In this document: in pieces, positions 33,702 to 43,907 of the stretch
How positions within the stretch are numbered: the stretch's first letter is position 1
Layout of the letters: every line of letters starts with the position of its first letter
Assembly (NCBI GenBank): GCA_034520965.1
Contig: JAXHMY010000007.1
Location: 128,001-192,000, forward strand
Reading direction: 5' to 3'
DNA from: Spirochaetia bacterium
GTDB lineage: Bacteria > Spirochaetota > Spirochaetia > DSM-16054 > Sediminispirochaetaceae
DNA length: 64,000 nt
The notes under the pieces: generated by a model
What the model was told of the DNA's origin: nothing
The model's database searches: none
Seen by the model: only the letters and a program-made list of their open reading frames with translations
Made by a program: the position numbers and the translations under genes

Positions 33702-33938
33702 ATGGAAGCCAAGATACAAAAGTGGGGCAACAGCCTCGGGGTGCGGATTCCCGCTGCTATAGCAAAAGAGTTGTACTTGAAAAGCGGTACTCTGGTCGAG
33801 ATTGAGGTAGAGATGAACAAGATAGTAATTCGGCCTAAGGAAAAGTATGACCTTGATACCATGCTCAGAGGGATTACCGACAGCAATGTCCATGCAGAGT
33901 TCGATTTTGGTGCTGCTGAGGGGAAAGAGGCATGGTGA
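33702..33938 (+). CDS. mazE: MazE antitoxin
   Basis: IQKWGNSLGVRIP, GAAEGKEAW; upstream palindrome GTTTACACATTGTATATAC. Confidence 0.92.
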   Translation: MEAKIQKWGNSLGVRIPAAIAKELYLKSGTLVEIEVEMNKIVIRPKEKYDLDTMLRGITDSNVHAEFDFGAAEGKEAW

Positions 33939-34270
33939 GCTCGGCATATGTTCCGGAGCGGGGTGATTTGATCTGGTTGAACTTCAATCTGCGGACAGGT
34001 CATGAGCAGTCAGGGCAAAGACCGGCAATTGTACTTTCTCCGGGAAAGTACAACTATAAGACCGGGCTGTTGCTCGCATGCCCTATCACCAGCAAAGTGA
34101 AAGGATACCCTTTTGAAGTGGCGGTTAGGGCTGAAAAAATAGATGGGGTGGTTCTTTCGGATCAGGTAAGGTCCCTGGATTGGAAAAGCCGCCGTGCGAA
34201 CTTGATTGAAAAAGCTTCTGAAGAGACCTTGGCCACTGTGCAGGAGAAGCTGTTAGTACTGTTGCAATAA
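33932..34270 (+). CDS. mazF: MazF endoribonuclease toxin
   Basis: YVPERGD, GHEQSGQRPAIVLS, KGYPFEV, DQVRSLDW. Confidence 0.93.
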   Translation: MVSSAYVPERGDLIWLNFNLRTGHEQSGQRPAIVLSPGKYNYKTGLLLACPITSKVKGYPFEVAVRAEKIDGVVLSDQVRSLDWKSRRANLIEKASEETLATVQEKLLVLLQ

Positions 34271-34335
34271 TCCCCTGGAAGTGCGCGCTGGTAAAGTCAT
34301 GTTCCAGATTCCTCCCCTGGGGCTTTAGCTGTGAG

Positions 34336-34378
34336 AGAGGCGCAGATGCCAACACACTATGATGCTTTGTTCAGGCAA
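34336..34378 (+). pseudogene. 5' remnant of an Rpn gene
   Basis: GAGGCGCAGATGCCAACACACTATGATGCTTTGTTCAGGC (MPTHYDALFR) matches the starts of the three Rpn genes. Confidence 0.7.
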
Positions 34379-34698
34379 TCGTTTTAGAAACTGGGCGTAT
34401 AGGTTGGCTCAGATAGGGAAGTTATGTGAAAAATTGATTCTTTACTGATGAATAGGTTATTAGAGTATATTTTGTCGCACCGGTGCGACAAGATAGAAAC
34501 AATTCTTCACAGAACATCGATACCAGGCCTCGATAGGCTTTGCACAAATTGGCTCTCTGATCACCTGCTTCACAGCTGTTTCAGGTCATCAATTTCAAAT
34601 ACTCGCGAAACGTTATATAAACTACGGATATATTGGGCATAGTCTGGGGTAAACCGCGGATGGGAGCGGATGGGAGAGAAAAATAATTTAATCAGTAG

Positions 34699-35094
34699 TT
34701 ATTTATCGATGTTATTCTTTGCTTGTTCGATTGTTGCTTCTATCTCATCAATAAATTTCCTGATTGTTGCTTCAGATGGAATTCCGTTTGGCATCAAACC
34801 AAGATCTGGAGGGTATCTTGTCTCGATATACACATCATTAATTTCAGCCAATATGTTTTCGTCTATTTTTATTTGGAATCCAATCTCTAATATAATTCCG
34901 TATAGTTTCTCGAGGTCGTGTATACGGGGAGTATTACTTCTACAGCTCTCAATTACAGCTTTAAGTATTTTTTCTAATGCTTGCTGGCAATGAAATGCTG
35001 CATTTTGATTAAGGCTTGGATCTTCTGATAGTTTCTTTGCAGAGTTTAGATCTTTTATTGCAAAATTGACCCATTCTTCAACTCGCTTTTTCAT
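34699..35094 (-). CDS. HEPN domain protein (toxin)
   Basis: FHCQQALEK, RIHDL, ETRYP. Confidence 0.9.
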   Translation of the reverse strand: MKKRVEEWVNFAIKDLNSAKKLSEDPSLNQNAAFHCQQALEKILKAVIESCRSNTPRIHDLEKLYGIILEIGFQIKIDENILAEINDVYIETRYPPDLGLMPNGIPSEATIRKFIDEIEATIEQAKNNIDK

Positions 35095-35428
35095 ACAATC
35101 TTCTTCCGTTTTTGATTATATCTTGAAAGAAATTATTCCCGTGTTGTTTTAACATTTCATATTCCTTTTTTGTATATACGAGCAGGTCAATGGCAATTTT
35201 TCTATTTATTCTTCTGATTGCCTTTCTTATTTCTAGCTTCATTTTCATCTTTTCTTCGTACGACTGTGGTATCGTATCAATATCCAGTATAACTAGCAGA
35301 TCGATATCGCTTTCATCATCATAGTGACCATCGTTAATTGATCCAAATAATATTATCTCTTTTACATCTAAATTCTTTAATGAATCTACAATAGCTTCAA
35401 GATAGTTATCTATTTCGGTTGTATTCAT
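35078..35428 (-). CDS. Minimal nucleotidyltransferase (MNT) antitoxin
   Basis: ILFGS...SDIDLLVI, IDLLVY. Confidence 0.9.
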   Translation of the reverse strand: MNTTEIDNYLEAIVDSLKNLDVKEIILFGSINDGHYDDESDIDLLVILDIDTIPQSYEEKMKMKLEIRKAIRRINRKIAIDLLVYTKKEYEMLKQHGNNFFQDIIKNGRRLYEKAS

Positions 35429-35607
35429 AATGTCCTATTGTAATATATTTTGGCTGCATTCTAAACTACTATTCATTATAAACGAGGTGAACCGAGACAA
35501 AATTGGGCGCGGATGGGAGAGGAATAGGTTATTTTTCTGAAGAAGGCGGCGCCCAGCCACTATCGCCGTTCATCCGCATAGATCAGTAGTTAGCTATTTC
35601 GCTTGCG

Positions 35608-38499
35608 CTATGAAAACAGGTACTCCAGGTCTTCTCTGTTCAGGGACTTTACAAACGAGCTTTCTTCCGCGACGATTTCCTCGGCCAAGGCGGTTTTGTG
35701 TTTTTGTAGTGTGAGGATTTTCTCTTCCACGGTAGTTTTGACGATATAGCGGTAGGCGATGACCTTGGAATTGCGACCGATGCGGTGAACCCGGTCTATC
35801 GCCTGGCGTTCAACCGCGGGGTTCCACCACGGATCGAAGAGGAATACGTAATCGGCAGCGGTCAGGTTAATTCCCAGACCGCCGGCTTTCAAGCTCAGCA
35901 GAAACAGCCGGATATTAGGGTCGTTCTGAAATAAGTCGATCTGTTCACGGCGGTCTTTAGTAGAACCGTCAAGGTAGGCGTACCCGTAACCGGCCTTGGC
36001 CGCGAGGGCTTCGATTCGCTTGAGGCTGCCGATAAATTGGGAAAATACGACCGCTTTATACCCTTCGGCGGTAATATCCTCCAGGGCTTCCCGGAGAAGC
36101 TCGAACTTGCACGAAGAAATATTCCGGTACTCATCGCTCACCAGGGATGGAAAGATGGCCGCTTGTCTCAACCGTAAAAGAGCCTCAAGGATAGTGACGG
36201 TTGATTTTTTGATTCCCTCGCGTTCGACATGGCTGTGTACTTTTTCACGGTAGTGTTCGCGTAGATTGTGATAGAATTCTGCCTGGTCAGTCTGCATTTC
36301 CGCGTACAGCAGGATTTCCTCTTTTTCAGGCAAATCCGGAGCTACCGTCTGTTTTGTCCTGCGCAGCACAAAGGGGTGAATCATAGAGCGGAGTAGGGCT
36401 GTTTTCTCATCCGTGGCGGAGGTCTCCCCGTGGAAGTGTTCCTGCTCTATATCTTTGACAAAACGCTCATAAAACCTTTTTCGGGTATCCAAGAGCCCCG
36501 GGAGGAGAAAGTCAAACTGGGCCCACAGTTCCATCAGGCTGTTTTCGAGAGGTGTGCCGCTGAGTGCCAGCCGGTGGGAAGCGGAGAGCATCTTGACGGC
36601 TTTAAAAGTTTGTGAAGCAGCATTTTTTATAGCCTGGGCCTCGTCCAGAATGAGATAGCTGATATCTTCCTTCAAAAAAAACTCGATATCGTTGCGCAGA
36701 GTAGCATAGCTGGTCAGCACAATATCATGCTGTCTGATTTTTCCTGTATCTCTCTGCTGTCCATGATAACGGTACACCGATAGCTGCGGGGTAAAGCGTT
36801 CGATCTCATTCTGCCAGTTAGGGAGGGTGCTCACCGGGGCGACCACCAGCGCCCTTGTCAGCACAGCTTCATTCTTGCTCTGCTGCAGCAGCGCAAGGGT
36901 TTGTATCGTTTTTCCCAGTCCCATATCATCGGCCAAAACTCCTCCCAAGTGGTAATCGCGTAGAAACAGGAGCCACGAGAGCCCGGCCTTCTGATACTTT
37001 CGAAGCGTTCCCTGAAAGCCCTCTGGTTCTTCAAGCTTCATGAGCCCGGTAAAATTCTCGAGAGAAGCTAGTGATTCGCGAATGCGTACCAGCTCCACGG
37101 AATCATCACTGCGTATATCCCCCGCAAACTCCTTCCAAAAGGCGGGGTTGTAGGTTGGAATTGTTACCCGCCCACGCGTGTCCAGTCCGAATAGGCGTAA
37201 TTTTCGCAGTTTCTCGATGGTGCTTTTATCGACTATAAGAAACTCGCCCTTTGTGGAAATTATCCCAGACTCTATGGCGGCCGGATCGAAATCGAAGCGC
37301 TGCAGCCCTGCTTCGGTCCACTCTCCGGCTTCGACTTCGAGCCAGTTGTTTCTTACTGACACCCGCAGGCCGAAACTCCCGCTGTTCTTTCTGCGCAGAG
37401 GAGTCCCCTGTGTGCGGATCTCGAAGCCCGCCTCAATAAGCGCAGCCGCATGGCTGAGGATAAAGTCTGCGGAGCTTAGCTTGGCGGTAAAATGGTAGCG
37501 TGAACCGGAAGGCTCTTCTCGGATTACCGTTTTGCCCAATTTTTCACGCACCTGTTCAAACCACCCGGAGCTTTGATTCGGTGGAACAAAATTTAATTCG
37601 AGTTTTCCCCCTGCTGTTTCGCGTGCGTAAAAACTGCGGTGTAGATCGAAGTCGTAGAGCGTTGCGTCTATTCTGTAGGTGAGTTTGAGCGTTATTCCTT
37701 CCCGATACTCGGTTATATCTATCACCGGCAATGCCGTTTTGCTGCTCAGCAGATAGTCGGAATAGGTAAAATCGAGGCTCACCCCCGCAGCTGCCTTCAG
37801 CTGTGTGCGCAGGGTATGGATTTCGGACATGCGCAGTGCGCTCGTCTTAAGCAAGTCTTCAGTCGGCGTGTCGATTTTGCTGCTTTCCCACAAGATCTTA
37901 CGGGAGTGGCAGCACAGGAGACAGTTACCGGTTTTTTTGGTTCTCTCAATCGAAATGTCCCGATATTCTCGTGAAGCCGGTGAGGGTGCAGAGAAGCGAT
38001 AGACCGGTCGAAATAAAACGGAATTGCCGTGCAGCTCCGCTGCTTCAAAATCGATTTGAATGTTGGGATCGGTAATACGCGTGTACTCGATAAACTTTGC
38101 TGAGACGCTGCGGCCCACCGGAGAGGCGGCCCGCTTTTCGCTACCGTCTCGAGCTTGACTAGGCCCGATAGTGGCTGGATATTTATCTTCTCCGATATAT
38201 TCAAGCAGTAGTGCGCCGATGTGAGAGCAGGGAGGCTCTTCTGCACAACTGCAGGTGCTGTTGAGCACAAACCCGTTGGAGAGCAGAGTTATCCGTACCC
38301 GCTGCCCGTCTTCCGATTGGCTGCCAATCTCTCCTTCTATATCGGTCAACACTTCGGAACTCTTTTCGTAGACCACCGTTTCATAGCTAATCCGCAGCCC
38401 GCTGTCGAGCAACTGGGCGGCCTGTCGGTATACCGAGTTTCCGAGGAATCCTTTTATCCGTTTTTTGGAAGGTTTCGTTCGTCTTTGTTTGTGTGCCAT
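35608..38499 (-). CDS. SWIM-SNF2 family DNA-dependent ATPase
   Basis: CSC..CSH SWIM; LADDMGLGKT, DEAQ, SGTP.EN, QAIDRVHRIG. Confidence 0.93.
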   Translation of the reverse strand: MAHKQRRTKPSKKRIKGFLGNSVYRQAAQLLDSGLRISYETVVYEKSSEVLTDIEGEIGSQSEDGQRVRITLLSNGFVLNSTCSCAEEPPCSHIGALLLEYIGEDKYPATIGPSQARDGSEKRAASPVGRSVSAKFIEYTRITDPNIQIDFEAAELHGNSVLFRPVYRFSAPSPASREYRDISIERTKKTGNCLLCCHSRKILWESSKIDTPTEDLLKTSALRMSEIHTLRTQLKAAAGVSLDFTYSDYLLSSKTALPVIDITEYREGITLKLTYRIDATLYDFDLHRSFYARETAGGKLELNFVPPNQSSGWFEQVREKLGKTVIREEPSGSRYHFTAKLSSADFILSHAAALIEAGFEIRTQGTPLRRKNSGSFGLRVSVRNNWLEVEAGEWTEAGLQRFDFDPAAIESGIISTKGEFLIVDKSTIEKLRKLRLFGLDTRGRVTIPTYNPAFWKEFAGDIRSDDSVELVRIRESLASLENFTGLMKLEEPEGFQGTLRKYQKAGLSWLLFLRDYHLGGVLADDMGLGKTIQTLALLQQSKNEAVLTRALVVAPVSTLPNWQNEIERFTPQLSVYRYHGQQRDTGKIRQHDIVLTSYATLRNDIEFFLKEDISYLILDEAQAIKNAASQTFKAVKMLSASHRLALSGTPLENSLMELWAQFDFLLPGLLDTRKRFYERFVKDIEQEHFHGETSATDEKTALLRSMIHPFVLRRTKQTVAPDLPEKEEILLYAEMQTDQAEFYHNLREHYREKVHSHVEREGIKKSTVTILEALLRLRQAAIFPSLVSDEYRNISSCKFELLREALEDITAEGYKAVVFSQFIGSLKRIEALAAKAGYGYAYLDGSTKDRREQIDLFQNDPNIRLFLLSLKAGGLGINLTAADYVFLFDPWWNPAVERQAIDRVHRIGRNSKVIAYRYIVKTTVEEKILTLQKHKTALAEEIVAEESSFVKSLNREDLEYLFS

Positions 38500-38866
38500 A
38501 CTACCGCTTTGTTCAAGTTTTAGTAGTAGATGCTACCGAAAAATATACTTTCCGGCAAGCGATTACTCCGTCGCGCAGCGCGGATGGGGAGGTTATATAA
38601 ACTACGGATATATAAGGTTTACGCACGTGGGTAACCACGGATGTGCACGGATGGGAGGGGGGAGGTTTTTGAGGGGTAAGAATTTTAGGCTACTATCCTG
38701 GGAGAGCGGCTGGCGATGGTTGACTGCCGCCGTCCCGATATCAGTATTCATTCGTGAACATCCGCGGTTTAATTTATCTTCTTCCATCCGCGCATATCCG
38801 TAGTTAATTTCTTTATTCCTGAAGCAATAGAGTGTTTTGTGCCTCTTTTACTATAGGGAGGCACGT

Positions 38867-39544
38867 ATGCCATCACACTATGATGCTTTGTTCAGGCGGC
38901 TGTTTGAGAACCCGGAGGTCAGTGCAGATTTTGCCCGTAACTACCTGCCGGTGGATTATAAAGGAAAAATCGACTTCGAGAGTGCTGCTATTGATCGGGA
39001 TCCACTGCAGTGTGCCGATTTAGTTGATGCTCTTAGCAGAGCACATGTACCGCACTTTGAACCGCTTTTGTTCGACTTGAACCGAATTGACGATAAGCGA
39101 CTGCGCGGATCTGTACAAACGGTGGTGGGCTTGCTATCTTTGAAGTATATTAAGCACCGCTTTACCGAGGGCCTGGTTGCTTACCTGCTGCAAGAGCTGC
39201 ATCGGCTACCACGTGAGAGCAACTTTTTGCATGAGTTCTATATGACTTTGATTAAGTTCAAAGCAGAGGAGGATCTGCAGAGGTTTCTGCAGATGGCCAG
39301 AGAGATGAATTACCGGGATATGGAGGAAGATATGATGACCTACGGACAGAGATTGTTAAAAGAGGGACGGGTCGAAGGTCTGCAAGACTCGTTGAAAAGA
39401 CAACTAAAGAAAAAATTCGGCCTGGAAACAGAGGAATCGGTGAAGATAAACCAGATTAAGGATTCCAACAAGCTGGAGGCTGCTCTTGATGAGATTTTAA
39501 GCGCAGAGACAAAGCAGCAGGTGCTGGAGAAGCTGGGGCTGTAG
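38867..39544 (+). CDS. Rpn family nuclease paralogue 1, catalytic core deleted in frame
   Basis: HYDALFRRLF start and KLGL end as in the 49722 copy but lacks 85 aa including TDLLY and YDHKS. Confidence 0.85.
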   Translation: MPSHYDALFRRLFENPEVSADFARNYLPVDYKGKIDFESAAIDRDPLQCADLVDALSRAHVPHFEPLLFDLNRIDDKRLRGSVQTVVGLLSLKYIKHRFTEGLVAYLLQELHRLPRESNFLHEFYMTLIKFKAEEDLQRFLQMAREMNYRDMEEDMMTYGQRLLKEGRVEGLQDSLKRQLKKKFGLETEESVKINQIKDSNKLEAALDEILSAETKQQVLEKLGL

Positions 39545-39735
39545 TGCCGGCACGGATGGGGAGGTTATATAAACTACGGATATATGCTCGGGCTTGCAGC
39601 TCTGTGGGCGGGGCAGGCGGGTAACCACGGATGGGCGCGGATGGGAAAAATAATTATTGAGATTTTGAAAGCGGGCGGTGCCAGGCAGAGACTGCGCCCG
39701 GCTCAAAATCAGTGTTCATCCGCGAACATCCGCGG

Positions 39736-41346
39736 TTAATTGTTGTTTCCTATAGGTATCAGCATATGCTGAATTAGGAAATTCAGGTTATTGCATATGT
39801 ACTTTAATAGTGGGTTCAGTCTTTTTTCATTGGCATCTATACTAAGCAATGAGAGAAACCTTAGATAAATGGTGTCATCGAGAATATTCGTCAGGATAAA
39901 ATCCCAGGTTTCTTTCCTTATCAGAAAATATTTATTGTGCCGTAAGAGGGCCTTAATTCGTGCGTTCTCATTTTTTTCGCCGAATTCACGCTGCAACTCT
40001 TCAATATTACTGTCTGAAAAATCGAGCACCCTCTGAATCTTTTTTGCCAGATCGGGGTGCAGGGAATCCCCATCTTTCCAATGCATTATCTCTTCAGATT
40101 CTTCAATATCATATTGTACCAGGTCCTTAGAGGGCGTACCTTCCGAAACTCGGGAAAGGAATTTTTCTGTGAACTCTTTGAGAATATTTCCGGAATCTTG
40201 GGGCTTACCCTGTGGTTTATATTCCTCAAACACTTCATCAACCAACCGTTTGTCCTGAAAGACAGAATAGAATATGTGCTTTAGCTGTGGCTCGTCCATA
40301 TACTGTGTTGTTGAATCCCGAAATCCAGCCATAGCCAAATAGCTTTTCCCGAAAAGAGATGGGATCGTTTCCGGTTCCGGGTCGCTCTGATTGTTCGGAG
40401 TGAGCCGGCTTTCCGGCTGCTGCTCCATTATCCCGGAGTCCAAGATTTCACGAATGCATTCTCTTGGGGTCATGCCGGTTGTGCTGTCCTCCGACACCAA
40501 AATGGTACACAGATCCTCGATAGGAAAGTGCATATCAAGGTAGCTTTCTACCACTTCGTGTATGCCAAGGGTGTTCGGCCGCACATTTTTAAAATAGTTC
40601 TTCCAATAGTCACGAATAATCTCCCGGGAAAAGTTTTTCCGAATAAAGGTACCCAGTTCGTTATTTTCTGGATAAAGCAGCAAAAAGAAAAGCATTTCGA
40701 TTTGCACTGATGCGTGTGGTACCCATCGTTTTATGCGCTCAAGCAAACGGGAACAATTGCATCTGTCAGGTAATGAAATCGGTTTTTCGAGATACTGATT
40801 CACCCAATCCACGCTCTCCTGAATCTGAGCCCGAGTGATATCTCCGCTCACTACTGCGTGGGGTGTGAGTCTGTCTTCGATAAGGGTTGCAATCCCAAGC
40901 AGATATTTGTGGGAATCATATCCTTGGGTCTTTCCATCGAACACATGATACCCGTCGGTAGAAAGTGCCCTTATTTCCGGCATAGGGGTTCCATGGTGGT
41001 CTAGGAGGGAAAAATAGATGTCGCCATCTCTTTGAGTAGTATCAATATCTTTGTAGTAGTTAATGTCTCTGAACATCAGGAAGGTCTCAGTGTGCTCAAA
41101 ACTTGCTAAATCCCCGATGGTAAACCACCCAAGTTTGTCCGGATACCAGGGGCTCAGATATCTCTCCTTTGTGCGGTCCGCATAGATCATGGTTTCGTCA
41201 TAGCTATCCCTATCAACTATTTTTTCCATAAAGGGGTACTGTTCTATCAGCTGCAGCGTTTCCTCATAAACCGCTGTCCACTGGTCCTGTGTTATCCAGC
41301 TAAAATCAACAGAAAGTTCAATAACTATTCCCATTTTGCACCTCAC
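39736..41346 (-). CDS. Hypothetical protein (536 aa)
   Basis: Long ORF, no recognised motif. Confidence 0.75.
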   Translation of the reverse strand: MRCKMGIVIELSVDFSWITQDQWTAVYEETLQLIEQYPFMEKIVDRDSYDETMIYADRTKERYLSPWYPDKLGWFTIGDLASFEHTETFLMFRDINYYKDIDTTQRDGDIYFSLLDHHGTPMPEIRALSTDGYHVFDGKTQGYDSHKYLLGIATLIEDRLTPHAVVSGDITRAQIQESVDWVNQYLEKPISLPDRCNCSRLLERIKRWVPHASVQIEMLFFLLLYPENNELGTFIRKNFSREIIRDYWKNYFKNVRPNTLGIHEVVESYLDMHFPIEDLCTILVSEDSTTGMTPRECIREILDSGIMEQQPESRLTPNNQSDPEPETIPSLFGKSYLAMAGFRDSTTQYMDEPQLKHIFYSVFQDKRLVDEVFEEYKPQGKPQDSGNILKEFTEKFLSRVSEGTPSKDLVQYDIEESEEIMHWKDGDSLHPDLAKKIQRVLDFSDSNIEELQREFGEKNENARIKALLRHNKYFLIRKETWDFILTNILDDTIYLRFLSLLSIDANEKRLNPLLKYICNNLNFLIQHMLIPIGNNN

Positions 41347-41715
41347 ACTTCACGTAGTGCTGTACGCATAGCTCCATTATACTCCTCTGTTACTCCTTTT
41401 CAAAGCAGGCGACACGACAGATATAAAAGATATTTAAGCCGCGGATGGGGAGGTTATATAAACTACGGATATATTGGGCTGCGCACGGGGGTAAACCACG
41501 GATGGGCGCGGATGGGAGGGGATGGGAGGAGAACTATTTTGGGGAGTTATTAGTTGTTCATCACAGTGTTGGCTGCGATATGTGTATATTGCCGACGGCG
41601 GGCGGTGAATACAGCCAGCCCAATATCAGTGTGCATCTGTGAAAATCCGTAGTTATTTTCTTGTTTCCTGAAGCAGCAGGCGGTTTTGTGCCTCTTTAAT
41701 TATAGGGAGGCGCGT

Positions 41716-42650
41716 ATGCCATCACACTATGATGCCTTGTTCAGGCGACTGTTTGAGAATCCGCAGGTCAGTGCAGATTTTGCTAGTAATTACCTGCCGG
41801 CGGAGTATCAGGAGAAAATCGATTTCAAGAGCGCTTCTATTGACCGGGATATCTATATCGATGAGGTTATAAGGCGAAATTACACCGATCTGCTGTACAG
41901 GTTTGATAAGAAAGAAGGTAGAGGACAGCTGTATTTGTACCTGCTGTACGATCACAAATCTTCACCGGACAAATGGGTGTCCATCCAGCTCCTGCGGTAT
42001 ATCATGCTCATCTACGCAAGTGAACTGAATGAGAACCCAGAAGGTGAATATACTGCCAGAGATTTTTCCGGTGGTCTTTTATCATGGGACTGAAGAGTGG
42101 AAGCCTTCTCTGCAATCTGCCGATTGTATTGATGCTATTAGTAAAGATCATGTCCCGCATTTTAAGCCGCTTCTGTTCGATTTGAACCGCATTGACGATA
42201 AACAGCTACTCGGATCTGTACAAACGGTGGTGGGCTTGCTATCTTTAAAGTATATCAAGCACCGCTTTACCGAGAGCCTGGTTGCTTATTTGCTGCAGGA
42301 GCTGCATAGGCTTCCGCGTGAGAGCAACTTTTTGCATGAGTTCTATATGACTCTGCTTAAGTTCAAAGCCGAGAAGGAGCTGCAGACCTTTCTGCAGATA
42401 GCCAGAGAGATGAATTACCCGGGACATGGAGGAAGATATAATGACACGCGAACAGAGACTTCTAAAAGATGGACGAATTGAAGCTTTACAGGATTCACTT
42501 AAGAGGCTTATAAAGAAGAAGTTCGGTTTGGAAACAGAGGAATCGGTGAAGATAAACCAGATCAAAGACCCCGCAAAGCTGGAGGCCGCTCTCGATGAGA
42601 TCCTAAGCGCAGAGACTAAGCAGCAGGTGCTGGAGAAGCTGGGGCTTTAG
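41716..42650 (+). CDS. Rpn family nuclease paralogue 2, two frameshifts (near 42035 and 42420)
   Basis: Three overlapping ORFs rebuild a full Rpn/YhgA-like protein. Confidence 0.85.
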
Positions 42651-42958
42651 AGCCGGCACGGATGGGGAGGTTATAGAAACTACGGATATATGTGGTGTAT
42701 GCAGGTGGGTCACACAGCTGTGCGCGGATGGGATAATAATTATTATTAAAATTTTAAAGGGAGGCGGCTGTAGAGAGCGGCGCCGCCCGCCAATATATTC
42801 TTTCATCCGTGCATATCCGTAGTTAGTTCCATATCAGTGGTCATCCGCGAATATCTGCGGTTAAATTATATTTCTTATCTTCTTCCATCCGTGTTCATCC
42901 GTAGTTAATTAATTATCTTCCTCATCCGCGGTTGTCGCAGTCGGTTGCATCGTCGTAG

Positions 42959-43588
42959 TTATTTTTCTACCACACAGGTAAGCCAGGTGATAGCCTCGCG
43001 GCCCAGTCCGTCGCCGGTGGTGGCGCTGCTTATGCTGTGAAAGCCGGCGGATTTGGCCTGGTCGATCCACTCATCGGATGCGAGGAGCAGGTAGTATCGG
43101 CCTTTTTCGTCGTAGCCGCTTTCATCGAGGCCGGGGCGGCTTAAGGGTACGGAGAAGAGGAGTTTTCCGGCTTGCGTTAGCAGCTGGTGGAGGTGTTCGA
43201 AGGTAGGGTGCAGCTGCTCTTGCAAGAGGTGCATGAGGGAGGCGACCGCGTAGATGCCGTTGTAGTGCTCGTGCTCTAAGAGGGCAGCGGGCAGCTCATC
43301 GGGTAGGGCGCCTTGAAAGAGGCGTCCTTCGAGTTGGGGATGGAGGCAAAGGGCTCTGTCGATCATCGCGGGAGCGGGGTCGATGCCCTGGACTTCGTAT
43401 CCCTGCCCACACAGATAGGCTGCTTCCCGGCCGGAGCCGCATCCGATTTCGAGTAGTTGTGCGCCGGGGCTGAAAGTGTCGAGCAGCCGCCGGTGCAGAT
43501 CCGCTACTTCGGCGCGTTCGTAGCGTTGTGATAGTTTTTCTGCGTGCTGTTGGTAGTAGCGGATGGTCGAGTTCTTTTCGTGCTTCAT
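42959..43588 (-). CDS. Class I SAM-dependent methyltransferase
   Basis: LLEIGCGSG, GIYAVASLMH. Confidence 0.9.
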   Translation of the reverse strand: MKHEKNSTIRYYQQHAEKLSQRYERAEVADLHRRLLDTFSPGAQLLEIGCGSGREAAYLCGQGYEVQGIDPAPAMIDRALCLHPQLEGRLFQGALPDELPAALLEHEHYNGIYAVASLMHLLQEQLHPTFEHLHQLLTQAGKLLFSVPLSRPGLDESGYDEKGRYYLLLASDEWIDQAKSAGFHSISSATTGDGLGREAITWLTCVVEK

Positions 43589-43907
43589 CTTCCGATTCCC
43601 TTACATTATATGGATAGTATAGTTCATTTGCATTATCCGGTGAATCGGCACGAGCGGGGTCTGATTCACTACACATTTGTTTAGTGGAACTTGCGACGTC
43701 GCAAGCTTTTGCCGCGGTGTGGCTTTGTATTTGGGCTGTAATGAGCTAGAATTTCCAAAAAGGAAGTGTATTTGATGTCGATCTGCTCGCTGGCGGCACG
43801 GATGGGGAGGTTATATAAACTACGGATATATTGGGTGTGCGCACGGGGGTAACACGGATGTGCACGGATGGGAAATGGTTGGGAATTGAAGGGATAAAGT
43901 AAATGGC

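Noticed and set aside
38465..38803. Small ORFs containing GGYINYGY, MGRLYKLRIY or HISVVYITSPS
   Set aside because: They are translations of the repeat core in different frames, without consistent starts or RBS
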